Below are positions 1-10,812 of a stretch of DNA of 64,000 nt, piece after piece. The position numbers and the translations under genes are program-made. Each line of letters starts with the position of its first letter. Within the stretch, counting starts at the first letter, position 1. A model generated the notes under the pieces. It was not told the DNA's origin and searched no databases. It was given only the letters and a program-made list of their open reading frames with translations. The stretch is taken from the sequence record OP795442; one strand, given 5' to 3'. The stretch is from Escherichia phage A7_1.

Positions 1-1488
1 ATGTCTGCTACATTCGCACCAGCGAGTCGAAAGCAACAAATGGTTCTCGAATCTGACGCACAAATAATGGTTATCGGTGGTGCAGCGGGATCAGGTAAGT
101 CCTACCTGCTCCAGTTGATGCCTTTGTTGATTGTAAACGACCCTAGAACAGCGTGTATCATGTTCCGTCGTACCGTCCCTCAGATTCGTGGACAAGGTGG
201 TTTGTTCGACAAAGCTAAGGATATTTACAACCAACTGCCTCCGGTAGTTAAGCCTAAGTTTAAAGAAAATGAAATGACTGCGACATTCCCTAACGGTGCA
301 ACCGTTAAGTGGCAGTCTATGCAACACGTAAGCGATAAATTTGATATTCAGGGGTTGGAGTTTACATTTATCGGTGTTGACGAAGGAACACAGTTTGAAT
401 GGGAACAATTGGAATATATGATGTCCCGTTTGCGTTCAAACTCGAAATACCCTTCTCGCATGGTAATAAGTTGTAACCCCGATCCTGATCATTATCTTCG
501 TAAGATGGTTGACTGGTATCTCGATAAGGATGGATATCCTAATCCTGAAAAAGACGGTGTTATTCGTTATTTCGTCCGTGTGGATGACCAATACATGTGG
601 GGAGACTCAGTAGAGGAGTTGAAGAAACGTTATGGTAAGAAATGTAAGCCCGTATCGTTCACATTCATATCTTCCACTATTTATGACAACCCGCCAATGC
701 TTATCAACAACCCCGAATACCTTGCTCAGTTGGAAGGTCTTAACGAGGTTGACCGTGCACGACTTCTTCATGGTAACTGGGATGCTCGTCCGCAGGGTGC
801 AAACTATTTTAAACGTTCTTTCCTCAAAAATGTAGATCATCTCCCGCTTAATTGCGACAAGGTTAGATCTTACGATAAAGCAGGTACAGAGCGTTCCACA
901 GGTAACAAAACACCTGACTTCACGGCAGGTATAGGTGTAGCGCGAGATCAGGATGGGTTCTACTACCTGTTCGGTGATTATTGTGATGAATTCGTTGATA
1001 CTGGCGATTGGTCCACTGGACAAGCCGGACGCTTCTGCAAAAAAGCAGGTGAGCGTGACAAGATTATTCTTAAACAGGCAATACATGACGGAGATGACGT
1101 TAGGATCATCTTCCCTGTTGACCCTGGTCAAGCAGGTCTATCCGAATTTACTACATCTTCTCGTGAGTTATTAAGTAAAGGGTTCATGGTTGAGAAAGAT
1201 CCAACACCAGGTAACAAGAAGAAGCTTGTACGCTTCTCTCCGTTTGCTAACTTAGCACAGAACGGATTTGTACGGATTGTTGAGAAATCTTTTCCTATGG
1301 ACACATTAGAAGCTTTATTGAAGGAACTTGAATCTTTCGACGGTGAGAGGTCAACTGGATCACGTAAGGACGACTGGGTGGATGCCATCTCTTCGGGTAT
1401 TAACTATCTGGAGAAAACAGAAATTGTCCGTGCTGTTCCAATACCACGACCTCACGCCCCTACGATGTATTCCAGGTATAGACGATAA
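1..1488 (+). CDS. terminase large subunit
   Basis: 495 aa; Walker A-like GGAAGSGKS near N-terminus; first gene of the structural module, followed by portal. ORF starts at window edge so the 5' end may be incomplete. Confidence 0.85.
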   Translation: MSATFAPASRKQQMVLESDAQIMVIGGAAGSGKSYLLQLMPLLIVNDPRTACIMFRRTVPQIRGQGGLFDKAKDIYNQLPPVVKPKFKENEMTATFPNGATVKWQSMQHVSDKFDIQGLEFTFIGVDEGTQFEWEQLEYMMSRLRSNSKYPSRMVISCNPDPDHYLRKMVDWYLDKDGYPNPEKDGVIRYFVRVDDQYMWGDSVEELKKRYGKKCKPVSFTFISSTIYDNPPMLINNPEYLAQLEGLNEVDRARLLHGNWDARPQGANYFKRSFLKNVDHLPLNCDKVRSYDKAGTERSTGNKTPDFTAGIGVARDQDGFYYLFGDYCDEFVDTGDWSTGQAGRFCKKAGERDKIILKQAIHDGDDVRIIFPVDPGQAGLSEFTTSSRELLSKGFMVEKDPTPGNKKKLVRFSPFANLAQNGFVRIVEKSFPMDTLEALLKELESFDGERSTGSRKDDWVDAISSGINYLEKTEIVRAVPIPRPHAPTMYSRYRR

Positions 1489-1503
1489 CTGAGGGGAATT
1501 ATT

Positions 1504-3036
1504 TTGAAGAAGAAGAATAAAGGTCGCAACACACAGGTTCGTAAAGCGACGAGCGAAGAATTAAACGTTGCTCGTTTACGAATGAGTGAGCAAGGTACTT
1601 TTGCTTTAGCTAAGGTTCAGGTGGAAACTGAACGTATGAAAGCTGAAGAAATTAAATGGCCTCAATTGATCGGTACGGTTGAAGCTATGAAACAAGATGC
1701 TACGGTAGCGACTGGTCTTGATATGCTTTACACTTTCGTAGAGAAAGCATTCAAGGACTTCAAAGTAATCCCTGGCAAATCTAAAGAGTCTCAAGACGCA
1801 GCAGAGTTCATTACCTTCTGCCTTCGTAACATGGAAGGTCAAACCCTGCGTCAATTTGCCCGTGACGCTGCCACATTTAACGAATACGGCATCTCTGTAG
1901 TTGAGAAGGTATATACTCAGATCCAGACTGGTGAATATGCAGGACGATTTAAGATTAAAAACCTTGCATTCCGTCCACAGGCTTCTCTGAGTCGTAAAAA
2001 CCCTCTCGTGTACAGCGATGATGGTTCTCGTGTTGTAGGTGTTAAGCAATCCCTTGATTCTTTCAAGAACTACACTGCCAGTCCTCTTGGCGCTTCTATT
2101 AGTGGCCTTATCGGCTCTCGTAAAGGCAATGACGTTGTAATCCCAGCAAACAAGCTGATGATCATGACTACTGGTGGTTCTTCTTCTCAAGCACTCGGCG
2201 TTTCCCCGTTGGTTGCTTGTTACCGACCTTGGCGTGAAAAGGTTCTTATTGAGAACCTCGAAGTTGTTGGTGCTACGAAAGACATGGGCGGCGTTATCGA
2301 ACTGAAGATTCCTTCTGCCATCCTTAACAAAGCTGCCATCGATCCTTCCAGCTACGAAGCAGAAATGGTTCAGGGTTTGATGATGGATGCTGCAAACGCC
2401 CACTCCGGTGAGCAATCTTTCTTTATGCTACCATCTGACGTTAAAGACAACTCACCTTTGTACTCAATGTCTCTGAAAGGCATTGATGGTATGGGTAAAC
2501 AGTACAGCACTCGCGACCTGATCAGTGATCGTAAGAAATCAATTCTTGATCGTTTAGGTGCAGGATTCTTGAACGTAGGTAATGATGCCTCTGGTTCATA
2601 CAACCTGTCGGAATCAAAACAAACTATCCATACTCAATTTGTACAACGTGTTAATGAAATTATCGCTGAAGCACTGAATGAAAACCTGCTCCCTCAGCTT
2701 CTGGCTCTGAACGGTATTCGTCTGGCAGAAAAAGAAATGCCATTCGTTAAATTCGGTCAGATCGTTGATACAGACATGGAAGGTTTCTCTAAAGCGGTTC
2801 AGCGTATGGGTGCTGTCGGCTACTTGCCTAAGACACCGGAAGTTATTAATCGCATTCTTGATGTTCTTGGAATCGATTATCAAGTTGGTGAAGATATTTC
2901 GCAAGAAGAACTTATGCTTCTCCTTGGAGATAATACCAGTCGTTCTGGCGATGGCTTTGCACAGGGGACTTCTGGAAACGGGACTGCAAAGATTAGCGGA
3001 ACAAGAGATAATTCAGTTTCTAATTTAGAAAATTGA
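1504..3036 (+). CDS. portal protein
   Basis: 510 aa ORF directly downstream of terminase with GAGGGG RBS; size and position typical of portal. TTG start at 1504, so exact start uncertain. Confidence 0.7.
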   Translation: MKKKNKGRNTQVRKATSEELNVARLRMSEQGTFALAKVQVETERMKAEEIKWPQLIGTVEAMKQDATVATGLDMLYTFVEKAFKDFKVIPGKSKESQDAAEFITFCLRNMEGQTLRQFARDAATFNEYGISVVEKVYTQIQTGEYAGRFKIKNLAFRPQASLSRKNPLVYSDDGSRVVGVKQSLDSFKNYTASPLGASISGLIGSRKGNDVVIPANKLMIMTTGGSSSQALGVSPLVACYRPWREKVLIENLEVVGATKDMGGVIELKIPSAILNKAAIDPSSYEAEMVQGLMMDAANAHSGEQSFFMLPSDVKDNSPLYSMSLKGIDGMGKQYSTRDLISDRKKSILDRLGAGFLNVGNDASGSYNLSESKQTIHTQFVQRVNEIIAEALNENLLPQLLALNGIRLAEKEMPFVKFGQIVDTDMEGFSKAVQRMGAVGYLPKTPEVINRILDVLGIDYQVGEDISQEELMLLLGDNTSRSGDGFAQGTSGNGTAKISGTRDNSVSNLEN

Positions 3037-3057
3037 TCTTTGATTTAAATCAGACTC

Positions 3058-3675
3058 TTGCAAAACGAATCGTTCAGTGTTAAAATAAATATCACGGGAG
3101 CAATGATGGAAAACATTACTATCTCCGACCTTCCTTCACAAACCTATCTGTCCCGAATCCAAAAGGGACGGGCTGTGAAAAAGGCCAATGAGCTACTTAA
3201 ACAGGGCTTCAATAAAGAGGCTTCTATTTCTGGAGCCATTGGCTCCGTTCTTGTCCAAAAAGCTGCACAGAAAGAAGAGATGATTTCTTACGAGATCATT
3301 TACGAACCTGATACGCCGGATGCTCATGGACAATGGATGAGCAAAGAGACACTAGTTAAAGCACAACAAGATTTCAAGAAAGCTCAAGAAATCGGTGCGG
3401 TAACTGAGAACTTGTACCACTTGGTTGATACCGAAGCATTCAAGATCGTAGATCATTGGATTCAGCCAGAAATTGATGTAACTGTCACACAAACAGGAGA
3501 AATCATAAAAGCAGGATCATGGGTAGCAAAGGTTCAATATTCACCTGAAGCATGGGAGTTAAAGAAAGCTGGCATCGTCGGTGGATTATCTCTTCAGTGC
3601 GGTGGTATGTTGAATGAGGAAACAAATGAGCTATCCGATCTTGATTTCAGTATCGAATTGGAAGAGGAAGAATAA
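3058..3675 (+). CDS. head morphogenesis protein (possible prohead protease)
   Basis: ORF between portal and scaffold, the protease slot in lambda-like head gene order. No catalytic motif recognised. Start ambiguous (TTG 3058 or ATG 3103/3106 after GGGAG). Confidence 0.45.
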   Translation: MQNESFSVKINITGAMMENITISDLPSQTYLSRIQKGRAVKKANELLKQGFNKEASISGAIGSVLVQKAAQKEEMISYEIIYEPDTPDAHGQWMSKETLVKAQQDFKKAQEIGAVTENLYHLVDTEAFKIVDHWIQPEIDVTVTQTGEIIKAGSWVAKVQYSPEAWELKKAGIVGGLSLQCGGMLNEETNELSDLDFSIELEEEE

Positions 3676-4769
3676 TGATTAAGACCCTTATAGAGAAAGG
3701 TCGCCAGATTAAATCTCGCGGAATTGCTCTAACTCACCGAGATCAAGGCTACAGTGCGAATAACCGCCACGTAAGCCTCCTCACTAAATCTGACATTGAC
3801 CCTAGCAAACTTACGGTTGATGTTATCAAAGCCCTTGAGCAAGTTCAAGTAACTATCAGTATGGAAGAGTTTTTACGTCGCTTCTTCCACATGTATTGTG
3901 ATGATGCTGAGTTACTTACTAAGCTGCTGGGCTTCACAACTACCTTCGAAGACGAATATGCTGATAAAGATCCTGAAGACTTGGATTCTTATACGGCTGA
4001 TTACATCCGTCGTCATCAAGAATATCTCGATGAGAAGCTTGAAACAATCACTATCATCAAGAAAGCAAAAGAAGGTGCTGACCTTTCTCTCGTTGAACGC
4101 TTCGAGTTAATTAAGACTCGCAAGCAGTTTGAAGACGGATGTAAAGAATTGGGCCTTGACTTTGGTGACAATTCAGAATTACGCAAACCAGAAACTGGTG
4201 AAGTAGTTAAATCAGCTACTAAGCCTGAACCTGTAAGCTCCGCTGGAGCGACCACAACCATCAAGGAGACTCCTGTGGAAAAAGAAGTAGATGTAACCAA
4301 GTCCCAACAATTCATTGATCTGATGAAAGCTAATGAAGCGTTGATGGCTCAGGTTGAAGGTATGAAAGAAACCTTCACCGCTGCTCAAGAAATCGTTAAA
4401 GCTCAGGCTGTTGCAAAACGTGAAGTTGCCTTGAACAAAGCTGCAAGTTTTGGTTTTGTTGCTGATGACCAACGTGAAGCTGTTGCTGACCTGATCGAAG
4501 ACCCAGCTAAAGCATCTGTTGTTGCTGTGCTGGAAAAAGCTGCTGCTGCTCTTAAAGAGAAAGACGAAGCTCTCGTCGCTAAAGATGCAGAAATCGAAGA
4601 GATCAAAAAATCCTTCGCTGACGGCAAAGAAGTAGGTGCTGATGGTCAACTGACTGAAGTTGCTAAAGGCTCTGAAGACGCTCAGGCTCGTTTGAACCGA
4701 GTAATCGCAGAACGTGCAGCAGAGATCGCTAAGGCTGCTAACGGCAATGCTGAATTTATTAACGCCTAA
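3675..4769 (+). CDS. scaffolding protein
   Basis: 364 aa, Ala/Glu/Lys-rich with helical low-complexity C-terminal half; start overlaps upstream stop (ATGA); lies just upstream of capsid genes. Confidence 0.6.
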   Translation: MIKTLIEKGRQIKSRGIALTHRDQGYSANNRHVSLLTKSDIDPSKLTVDVIKALEQVQVTISMEEFLRRFFHMYCDDAELLTKLLGFTTTFEDEYADKDPEDLDSYTADYIRRHQEYLDEKLETITIIKKAKEGADLSLVERFELIKTRKQFEDGCKELGLDFGDNSELRKPETGEVVKSATKPEPVSSAGATTTIKETPVEKEVDVTKSQQFIDLMKANEALMAQVEGMKETFTAAQEIVKAQAVAKREVALNKAASFGFVADDQREAVADLIEDPAKASVVAVLEKAAAALKEKDEALVAKDAEIEEIKKSFADGKEVGADGQLTEVAKGSEDAQARLNRVIAERAAEIAKAANGNAEFINA

Positions 4770-4789
4770 TTATTGAGGAAACGAATAGA

Positions 4790-5221
4790 ATGGCTAAAGC
4801 ACATGTTGTAACTCTCGAAGGTAACTACTCTGATATCGTACTGGGCCGTGTTGTTGCATTTGGTGACACTGGTTGGAACTTTGAAGAAGTAGAAATGGAT
4901 TATACTGCTGATCTGGTCGCAGGTCTGCTGGTTAAAGCTGATGGTACTCCGGCTGCTGTTGCAGACGCTGCTGACGTTTACGGTGTTCTGGTTGACCGTA
5001 AAGTTCTGCCTGGTGTTACCAAGCATGACGGCGCTACCCCGATGGCTGGTGAGAAGCTTCCTATGACTATCGCTGTTCGTGGTCTGACCCTGAACGCAAC
5101 CAAACTGGTCTACGCTGATGGTACTGTAATTGACGCTGCTGGTAAACTGGCTCTGTCTAAAGCTGGAAACCAAGTGACTGACCGTGTAGTAGCTACCGAA
5201 TTCCTGGGCGCTGTCCTGTAA
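4790..5221 (+). CDS. putative head decoration / capsid-associated protein
   Basis: 143 aa ORF immediately upstream of the major capsid gene (position of lambda gpD); highly biased codon usage suggests high expression. Confidence 0.45.
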   Translation: MAKAHVVTLEGNYSDIVLGRVVAFGDTGWNFEEVEMDYTADLVAGLLVKADGTPAAVADAADVYGVLVDRKVLPGVTKHDGATPMAGEKLPMTIAVRGLTLNATKLVYADGTVIDAAGKLALSKAGNQVTDRVVATEFLGAVL

Positions 5222-5244
5222 CTTTTTCGAAGGAGAATATTTAA

Positions 5245-6240
5245 ATGCATAATGGTGATTTTCAAATCCTGGATTACACTGGCCTGATCTCTACTCTGCC
5301 GCGTGTTGATACCCTGCTTCAAAGCATGAACCTGTTCACTGAGAACTTTGGTCGTACCACTATCGCTAAAATCGAACGTCGTGATGACGGTGCTGGTCAG
5401 ATCAATGCTGTACAGCGTGGTAGCGTTCGTCAGCACCTGGGTAATGATCGTAAAAAGATCGTCAACCTGAATATCCCGTTCTTCCCTCTGGACCGTTCCA
5501 TTGACCGTGCTGATATCCAGAACTTCCGTGAATTCGGTACTGAAAATGCTCCGGCAACTGTTGAAGCTGAAGTAGCTCGTCACCTGGCTCGTATCCGTCG
5601 TAGTCATGCGGTTCTGAAATCCAAGGCAATGTACGCTGCTCTGAAAGGTACTTCCTGGTCGCCAAATGATCCGGTTTGTGATTACGACTACTACGATGTT
5701 TGGGGTGTAACCCAGCAGACTGCTGATGTTGACTTCACCTCTCTGGCTGTTGACCCGATTGAAGTGCTGGAAGCTGAAGCTCGTGCACATATCATCGATT
5801 ACGCAGGTGATCAAGGCGACAACTACGAGATCGTTGTTATGGCATCCCGTCAGTGGTTCTCTGCTCTGATTTCTCACCCGCAGGTAACTGGTGCATACTC
5901 TCAGTATCCGTCTACTCAGGAAATCCTGCGTCGTCGTCTGGGCGGTAATGCTAATAACCGTATCTTCGAACACAAGAACATCCTGTTCATCGAAGACATT
6001 TCCGGTAACATCCCTGCTGGTGAAGCATACATCTTCCCTCGTGGTATCGATCGTATGTTCGAAATCTATTACGCGCCGAGCGACACTCTGGAAGGTGCTA
6101 ACCAAGTAGCTCAGGAACTGTATGTATTCTTCAAAGAATCTCAGTACCTGCGTGAAGCGAAGATCGAATCTGAAACTTCCTTCCTGACTGTTAACAACCG
6201 TCCTGAACTGGTAGTTAAGTCTGTTGGTAAGTTTGAGTAA
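5245..6240 (+). CDS. major capsid protein (lambda E-like)
   Basis: 331 aa, strong RBS (AAGGAGA), strongly optimised codons, followed by a strong terminator; position after scaffold and decoration genes. Confidence 0.75.
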   Translation: MHNGDFQILDYTGLISTLPRVDTLLQSMNLFTENFGRTTIAKIERRDDGAGQINAVQRGSVRQHLGNDRKKIVNLNIPFFPLDRSIDRADIQNFREFGTENAPATVEAEVARHLARIRRSHAVLKSKAMYAALKGTSWSPNDPVCDYDYYDVWGVTQQTADVDFTSLAVDPIEVLEAEARAHIIDYAGDQGDNYEIVVMASRQWFSALISHPQVTGAYSQYPSTQEILRRRLGGNANNRIFEHKNILFIEDISGNIPAGEAYIFPRGIDRMFEIYYAPSDTLEGANQVAQELYVFFKESQYLREAKIESETSFLTVNNRPELVVKSVGKFE

Positions 6241-6256
6241 TCTTAATAACTAATTA

Positions 6257-6286
6257 AAGGTCACCTTCGGGTGGCCTTTTTTATTA
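6257..6286 (+). terminator. rho-independent terminator after capsid gene
   Basis: Hairpin AGGTCACC-TTCG-GGTGGCCT (one G-U pair) followed by TTTTTTATT. Confidence 0.75.
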
Positions 6287-6364
6287 TGCCTGTACAATTT
6301 AACCAAAATAGTGTACCATTATAAGATAGGCTATTAATCTAATCAATGACGAAGGAGTTATTTA

Positions 6365-6949
6365 ATGTCTAAGCAAACTCACTTGGAAGTCTTTAAGAGT
6401 GAATATCACATGCTCAAGTTCTTTGGTGAATATCTTGAAAAACTTGATGTAAACACCTCTGCACGTTTAGGTGCATTCCTTTATAGTTACGACGGTAAAC
6501 TGGTTCTTGCTCGTGGACTTTACGATTTCCTAACCCAAATGGAAAAGATGACCGCTCTCGGCATCGATACTATGGCTTCTGCACAAAAAGGTACAAGTTT
6601 CTTAGTGTTTTTCAAAGAAAAACCTAAAGACCCTTTAAAATTTCGATTAGATGTTAAGAAAATCGAGGCTGTTAAAGAAGCTATCGTTGCTGACACCCCG
6701 TCTAAGGTAATGGAAGAGTCTGTTCTTGTCAATACCAAAGTTGAAGAAGTAGAAGTAAAGGCAGAATCATCTGACCGTACTGAAGAAGAAAAAGCACAGA
6801 TCTTGACTAAAGCTGAAGAACTGCGTGATGACAGCAAAAAGGCTGCATCTAAGGCTGCATTGGAAGCTTTCGCTGTGGAATATGGTATTTCACTGAGCAA
6901 AGGCAAAACCTTTGATGGGATGCTTGAAGATTTAGCTGCTGCACTATAA
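6365..6949 (+). CDS. hypothetical acidic protein (head region)
   Basis: 194 aa ORF with AAGGAG RBS after the capsid terminator; Glu/Lys-rich C-terminal half. Confidence 0.6.
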   Translation: MSKQTHLEVFKSEYHMLKFFGEYLEKLDVNTSARLGAFLYSYDGKLVLARGLYDFLTQMEKMTALGIDTMASAQKGTSFLVFFKEKPKDPLKFRLDVKKIEAVKEAIVADTPSKVMEESVLVNTKVEEVEVKAESSDRTEEEKAQILTKAEELRDDSKKAASKAALEAFAVEYGISLSKGKTFDGMLEDLAAAL

Positions 6950-7002
6950 TCCCACCTCATGCCCCTGTTCAGGGGCTTAAAATCCCTAGGAGAATTTTAT
7001 AA

Positions 7003-10000
7003 ATGGCTGAATATAATGATAAGGTCGTGGAAGCATTCGTTACTGCCCCAGATCCTGTCGTAACTACCACTGGTGGTGGAGTTATTTTTGACGGTATTGA
7101 AACAGAAGATACTGTATCAACCCTGCTGATTGGTGATGGTACTGCATCCTCCCCTTTACAAGCGCAAGTCAAACTTTCTCGCCGTGCTGGTAACGCCCTG
7201 ACTATCGTTCAATCCGATACCGAGCAAGGCTTGTTTGCTACTGCCGGAGATGCTAAAGTTTCAGCTTCTCAAGTGAACATTGCAAAATACGTAACTGCGG
7301 AAGAAGCTGCTGCACAAGGCGATGCAGGTCTGGAAGGTATTTTGGTAGAGCCTGTCCATGCGACCACCACCGCAGTTGGCGATGCCTTGGAAATTACCGC
7401 AGATCCTTTGACGGCTAAAAAATCCCGCATTTCCCTGAAAGTTTCCCCTTCCGCAACCAACGCGTTATCTGTAGAGTCAGATGGATTGGCAGTTAAAGTC
7501 TCTCCTGCCGTTGACAACAGCCTGCAAGTCCGTGAAGGTGCACTTTACGTAGCTCCTGTTGGTGCTGATATTTCTCAAGACCCAGGTAACAAACTGGAAC
7601 AGCGTTCAGATGGACTGTTCGTAGAAACCATCAAAGGCGACAAAGGTGATCAGGGCGAGCAAGGACCAGAAGGTCCTCAAGGCCCAGCAGGGGAAGCTGG
7701 ACCTGCTGGACCACAGGGTGAAAAAGGCGACAAAGGCGATCAAGGTGAAGTCGGCCCTGCTGGCGCAACTGGCCCTGCTGGCCTGACTGGTGCAACTGGT
7801 CCTCGTGGTATAGAAGGACCTCGTGGCCCTGCTGGTATTGGTATTAATATCCTAGACACCCTTGCATCTGAAGACCAATTACCTTCTGTTGTTGATCTTT
7901 CGAATGGGGATACCTATGTAATAGGACAGAGTTTCTTTACCGTTATCACTGAAGGTGGTATCAAACAATGGAGAAACGTAGGTAACTTCGCTGGACCTGA
8001 AGGTCTTTCTGCATTTGAAGTTGCTGAAACCGCAGGCTTTGTTGGAACAGTTGATGACTGGTTGGCTACCCTTCGTGGTGCTGATGGAATCGGTCTGCAA
8101 TTACTCGGTTCTTTCCAACGAATTGAAGACCTTCCGGCAGAAGAGAACAACCCAGGCGATGCCTACATCATCCAAGAAAAGATGTATGTTTGGACTGGTG
8201 ATACAGATGGCTGGCAACCTGTAGGACAGATCGGTCCTGAAGGTCGTTCTGCTTATCAGGTCTGGCTGGCTAACGGGAACGTAGGTTCTCAGCGTGAATT
8301 CCTTGAATCACTGAAAGGTGAGAAAGGTGATACTGGCGATCAGGGTCCTCAGGGTATCCCAGGTGCAGATGGTAAAAATGCTAACGCCATTAATATCTTA
8401 GGTTCCGTTGCAGATCAGGCGAGTTTGCCAGAAGGTGCAGATGCAGGTGATGCTTACCTGATCGGTACTAACGTATTCGTTTCTGATGGTGCTGGCAACT
8501 GGCAAGACTTGGGATCTTTCCAAGGTCCGCAAGGTCCTACTGGTGCTAAAGGCGACAAGGGGGACAAAGGGGATAAAGGGGACAAAGGCGATAAAGGTGA
8601 TGACAACTATGCCATCGCAGTTGCTAACGGTTTCCAAGGATCAGTAAATGAATACCTTGCATCTATCAAGGGTGAGAAAGGTGACGTTGGTGCAACTGGC
8701 CCTCGTGGATTAGCTGGTCCACAAGGTGAACAAGGTCCTGTTGGTGCGGGTCTGAATATCCTTGGCTCAGTAGCTTCCGAAGACCAATTGCCTCAGACTG
8801 GTATTAGTGAAGGTGATGCTTATCTGATTGAAGCTGATCTTTATATCTTTACTGGCGGTCAGTGGACTAACGTTGGTAACATCAAAGGTCCCCAAGGGGA
8901 TGTAGGACCACAAGGTCCACAAGGTCCTATTGGTCTGACTGGGGCACAAGGACCGCAGGGTGCAACAGGGGCACAAGGTCCTGCTGGTCCCCAAGGTGAG
9001 ACTGGTCCACAAGGTGGTATTGGTCCACAGGGCGAGACTGGCGAGAAAGGTGACAAGGGCGATAAGGGTGATAAGGGTGATACTGGAATTGGTATCGTTG
9101 CTCGTGGTATTGTTGCAACTCAAGAAGCACTTCCTGCCGATGCCACCACTGGTGACTTCTACGTTGTAGAGTCTGAAGGTAATGGTTATGCTTGGGACGG
9201 CACTGCATGGGTACTGACTGGTCTTACTCGTGGACCTCAGGGTCTGAAGGGCGACAAAGGCGACACTGGTGAGAAAGGAGACAAAGGAGACAAAGGCGAC
9301 GCAGGTGATGCACTGAAGCTGAAAGGTTTGGTTGCAACCTCCGCTGAACTTCCTTCTACTGCTGAATTAGGTGACTTCTACGTAGCTGAAGACACTGGGA
9401 TCGGTTACGCTTGGGATGGCGTGGAATTCGTTTCTGCCGGAACCGTTAGAGGACCGCAAGGTGAAGTAGGGCCTCAGGGTGAAATTGGTCCTCAAGGACC
9501 GCAAGGCGAGAAGGGAGATGCTGGCGACCAAGGACCTCAAGGATTGGTCGGTGAAACAGGTGCAAAAGGTGATAAAGGGGATAAGGGTGACGTTGGCTCT
9601 GGTCTGATTCCGAGAGGAACTTTACCGTCTCAAGCAGACCTTCCTCAAACTGGTGAAGTTGGTGACTTCTACGTAGCTAACGATACTGGTATTGGATATG
9701 CTTTTGACGGAACTACATTCGTAGAAGCTGGCGTTGCCCGTGGTCCACAGGGTGAACAAGGACCTCAGGGTGAACAGGGACCTCAAGGTCTTAAAGGGGA
9801 TACTGGTGAAACAGGTGCTCAGGGACCTCAAGGTGCTCAAGGTGAGAAAGGTGATACCGGAGAACGTGGAGAGGTAGGTCCGCAAGGTGATCAGGGTCCG
9901 CAAGGTGAGCAAGGTCCTCAGGGTGATATCGGACCAGGTGTAGAGATCATTGGACGATTTGATACCTCTGATGAATTACCTTCCACGGGTACTTTGGGTC

Positions 10001-10803
10001 AAGGTTACCTTATCCAAGGCGACTTCTGGGGTTGGACTGGTGCAGCATACGAGAACTTGGGTCGTATTCAAGGTCCGGTTGGACCAGTAGGTCCTACGGG
10101 TGACCAAGGACCACAAGGCCCTGTCGGTAACAAAGGCGATAAAGGCGACCAAGGGACCCTTTGGGTAGTTTTTGCTCGTGCACCAATGGTGAGCGATGGT
10201 CGTGTTAACGACCTGTACCTCAACTCTTCCACTCTGGAATATTACCGTAAAACTTCCGCAACGAACTGGGCACTGCTCGGATTCTTAGGTGGTGGTAACG
10301 TGTATGACGCACCAGGGGACGGAAAGCTGTATGTCCGTACTGATGGTGGTTGGGTTGAATTACCTACCGCAGAAGTTCTGGAAGCACCTCGTGATGGTAA
10401 CCAATACGTCCGTAAAGACGGCGCTTGGACAACTGTTACAGTTCCTGTAACGGAAGCACCACTTGAAGGTGGATTCTACGTCCGTGAAAATGGTGCGTGG
10501 GTTAAACTGGATCAGTACGATTTACGTGTTGTTGCTTCAACTGGTGCAATTGATGCAAGCTCTGGTAATGCTTGGACTTTAGATGGTACAACCAACAAGT
10601 CCTTGACTATCACCGGATTGCCAGCAGGAAGGGCTAAAACCATAGTTTTACGATTCACTGGTAACGGTGGTCAGATTAACTGGGATAGCCAGATCGCTTG
10701 GTCTAACGGAACAGCACCTACTCTCGGGGCTACTCGCACTATCCTAACCTTGTTCTGGGATGGTGAGTTCCTGACGGGTACTCAAGCAATGACTATAGGT
10801 TAA
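7003..10803 (+). CDS. collagen-like repeat fiber protein
   Basis: 1266 aa with many Gly-X-Y runs (GPQGPQG, KGDKGD) alternating with about 8 copies of a module 'LP..G..GD.Y...W.G..W' and SAY...WL-SLKGEKGD motifs; C-terminal non-collagen domain. Confidence 0.85.
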   Translation: MAEYNDKVVEAFVTAPDPVVTTTGGGVIFDGIETEDTVSTLLIGDGTASSPLQAQVKLSRRAGNALTIVQSDTEQGLFATAGDAKVSASQVNIAKYVTAEEAAAQGDAGLEGILVEPVHATTTAVGDALEITADPLTAKKSRISLKVSPSATNALSVESDGLAVKVSPAVDNSLQVREGALYVAPVGADISQDPGNKLEQRSDGLFVETIKGDKGDQGEQGPEGPQGPAGEAGPAGPQGEKGDKGDQGEVGPAGATGPAGLTGATGPRGIEGPRGPAGIGINILDTLASEDQLPSVVDLSNGDTYVIGQSFFTVITEGGIKQWRNVGNFAGPEGLSAFEVAETAGFVGTVDDWLATLRGADGIGLQLLGSFQRIEDLPAEENNPGDAYIIQEKMYVWTGDTDGWQPVGQIGPEGRSAYQVWLANGNVGSQREFLESLKGEKGDTGDQGPQGIPGADGKNANAINILGSVADQASLPEGADAGDAYLIGTNVFVSDGAGNWQDLGSFQGPQGPTGAKGDKGDKGDKGDKGDKGDDNYAIAVANGFQGSVNEYLASIKGEKGDVGATGPRGLAGPQGEQGPVGAGLNILGSVASEDQLPQTGISEGDAYLIEADLYIFTGGQWTNVGNIKGPQGDVGPQGPQGPIGLTGAQGPQGATGAQGPAGPQGETGPQGGIGPQGETGEKGDKGDKGDKGDTGIGIVARGIVATQEALPADATTGDFYVVESEGNGYAWDGTAWVLTGLTRGPQGLKGDKGDTGEKGDKGDKGDAGDALKLKGLVATSAELPSTAELGDFYVAEDTGIGYAWDGVEFVSAGTVRGPQGEVGPQGEIGPQGPQGEKGDAGDQGPQGLVGETGAKGDKGDKGDVGSGLIPRGTLPSQADLPQTGEVGDFYVANDTGIGYAFDGTTFVEAGVARGPQGEQGPQGEQGPQGLKGDTGETGAQGPQGAQGEKGDTGERGEVGPQGDQGPQGEQGPQGDIGPGVEIIGRFDTSDELPSTGTLGQGYLIQGDFWGWTGAAYENLGRIQGPVGPVGPTGDQGPQGPVGNKGDKGDQGTLWVVFARAPMVSDGRVNDLYLNSSTLEYYRKTSATNWALLGFLGGGNVYDAPGDGKLYVRTDGGWVELPTAEVLEAPRDGNQYVRKDGAWTTVTVPVTEAPLEGGFYVRENGAWVKLDQYDLRVVASTGAIDASSGNAWTLDGTTNKSLTITGLPAGRAKTIVLRFTGNGGQINWDSQIAWSNGTAPTLGATRTILTLFWDGEFLTGTQAMTIG
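8548..8601 (+). repeat. tandem 9-bp repeat encoding (KGD)6
   Basis: aaa-ggN-gaY repeated six times in frame inside the collagen-like gene; similar shorter arrays at 7725-7745, 9043-9081 and 9250-9300. Confidence 0.8.
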
Positions 10804-10812
10804 TTTTTAAAT

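Noticed and set aside
1606-2415. 269 aa minus-strand ORF inside the portal gene
   Set aside because: Completely antisense to a well-supported structural gene in a uniformly plus-strand operon; no RBS and atypical composition.
5110-6105. 331 aa minus-strand ORF antisense to the major capsid gene
   Set aside because: The capsid gene has strongly optimised codon usage, which tends to leave the antisense frame open by chance; translation is Thr/Ser/Val-rich low complexity.
8548-8601. Possible CRISPR-like array suggested by short perfect direct repeats
   Set aside because: The repeats are 9 bp, in frame and contiguous without spacers, encoding (Lys-Gly-Asp)n inside a collagen-like gene; not CRISPR architecture.
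8767-9208. Minus-strand ORFs (8767-9123, 8859-9056, 8927-9208) and plus-strand ORF 8960-9169 inside the collagen-like gene
   Set aside because: They overlap the 1266 aa plus-strand gene and arise because GC-rich Gly-X-Y repeat DNA is stop-poor in several frames; their translations are low-complexity Pro/Cys/Leu strings with no RBS.
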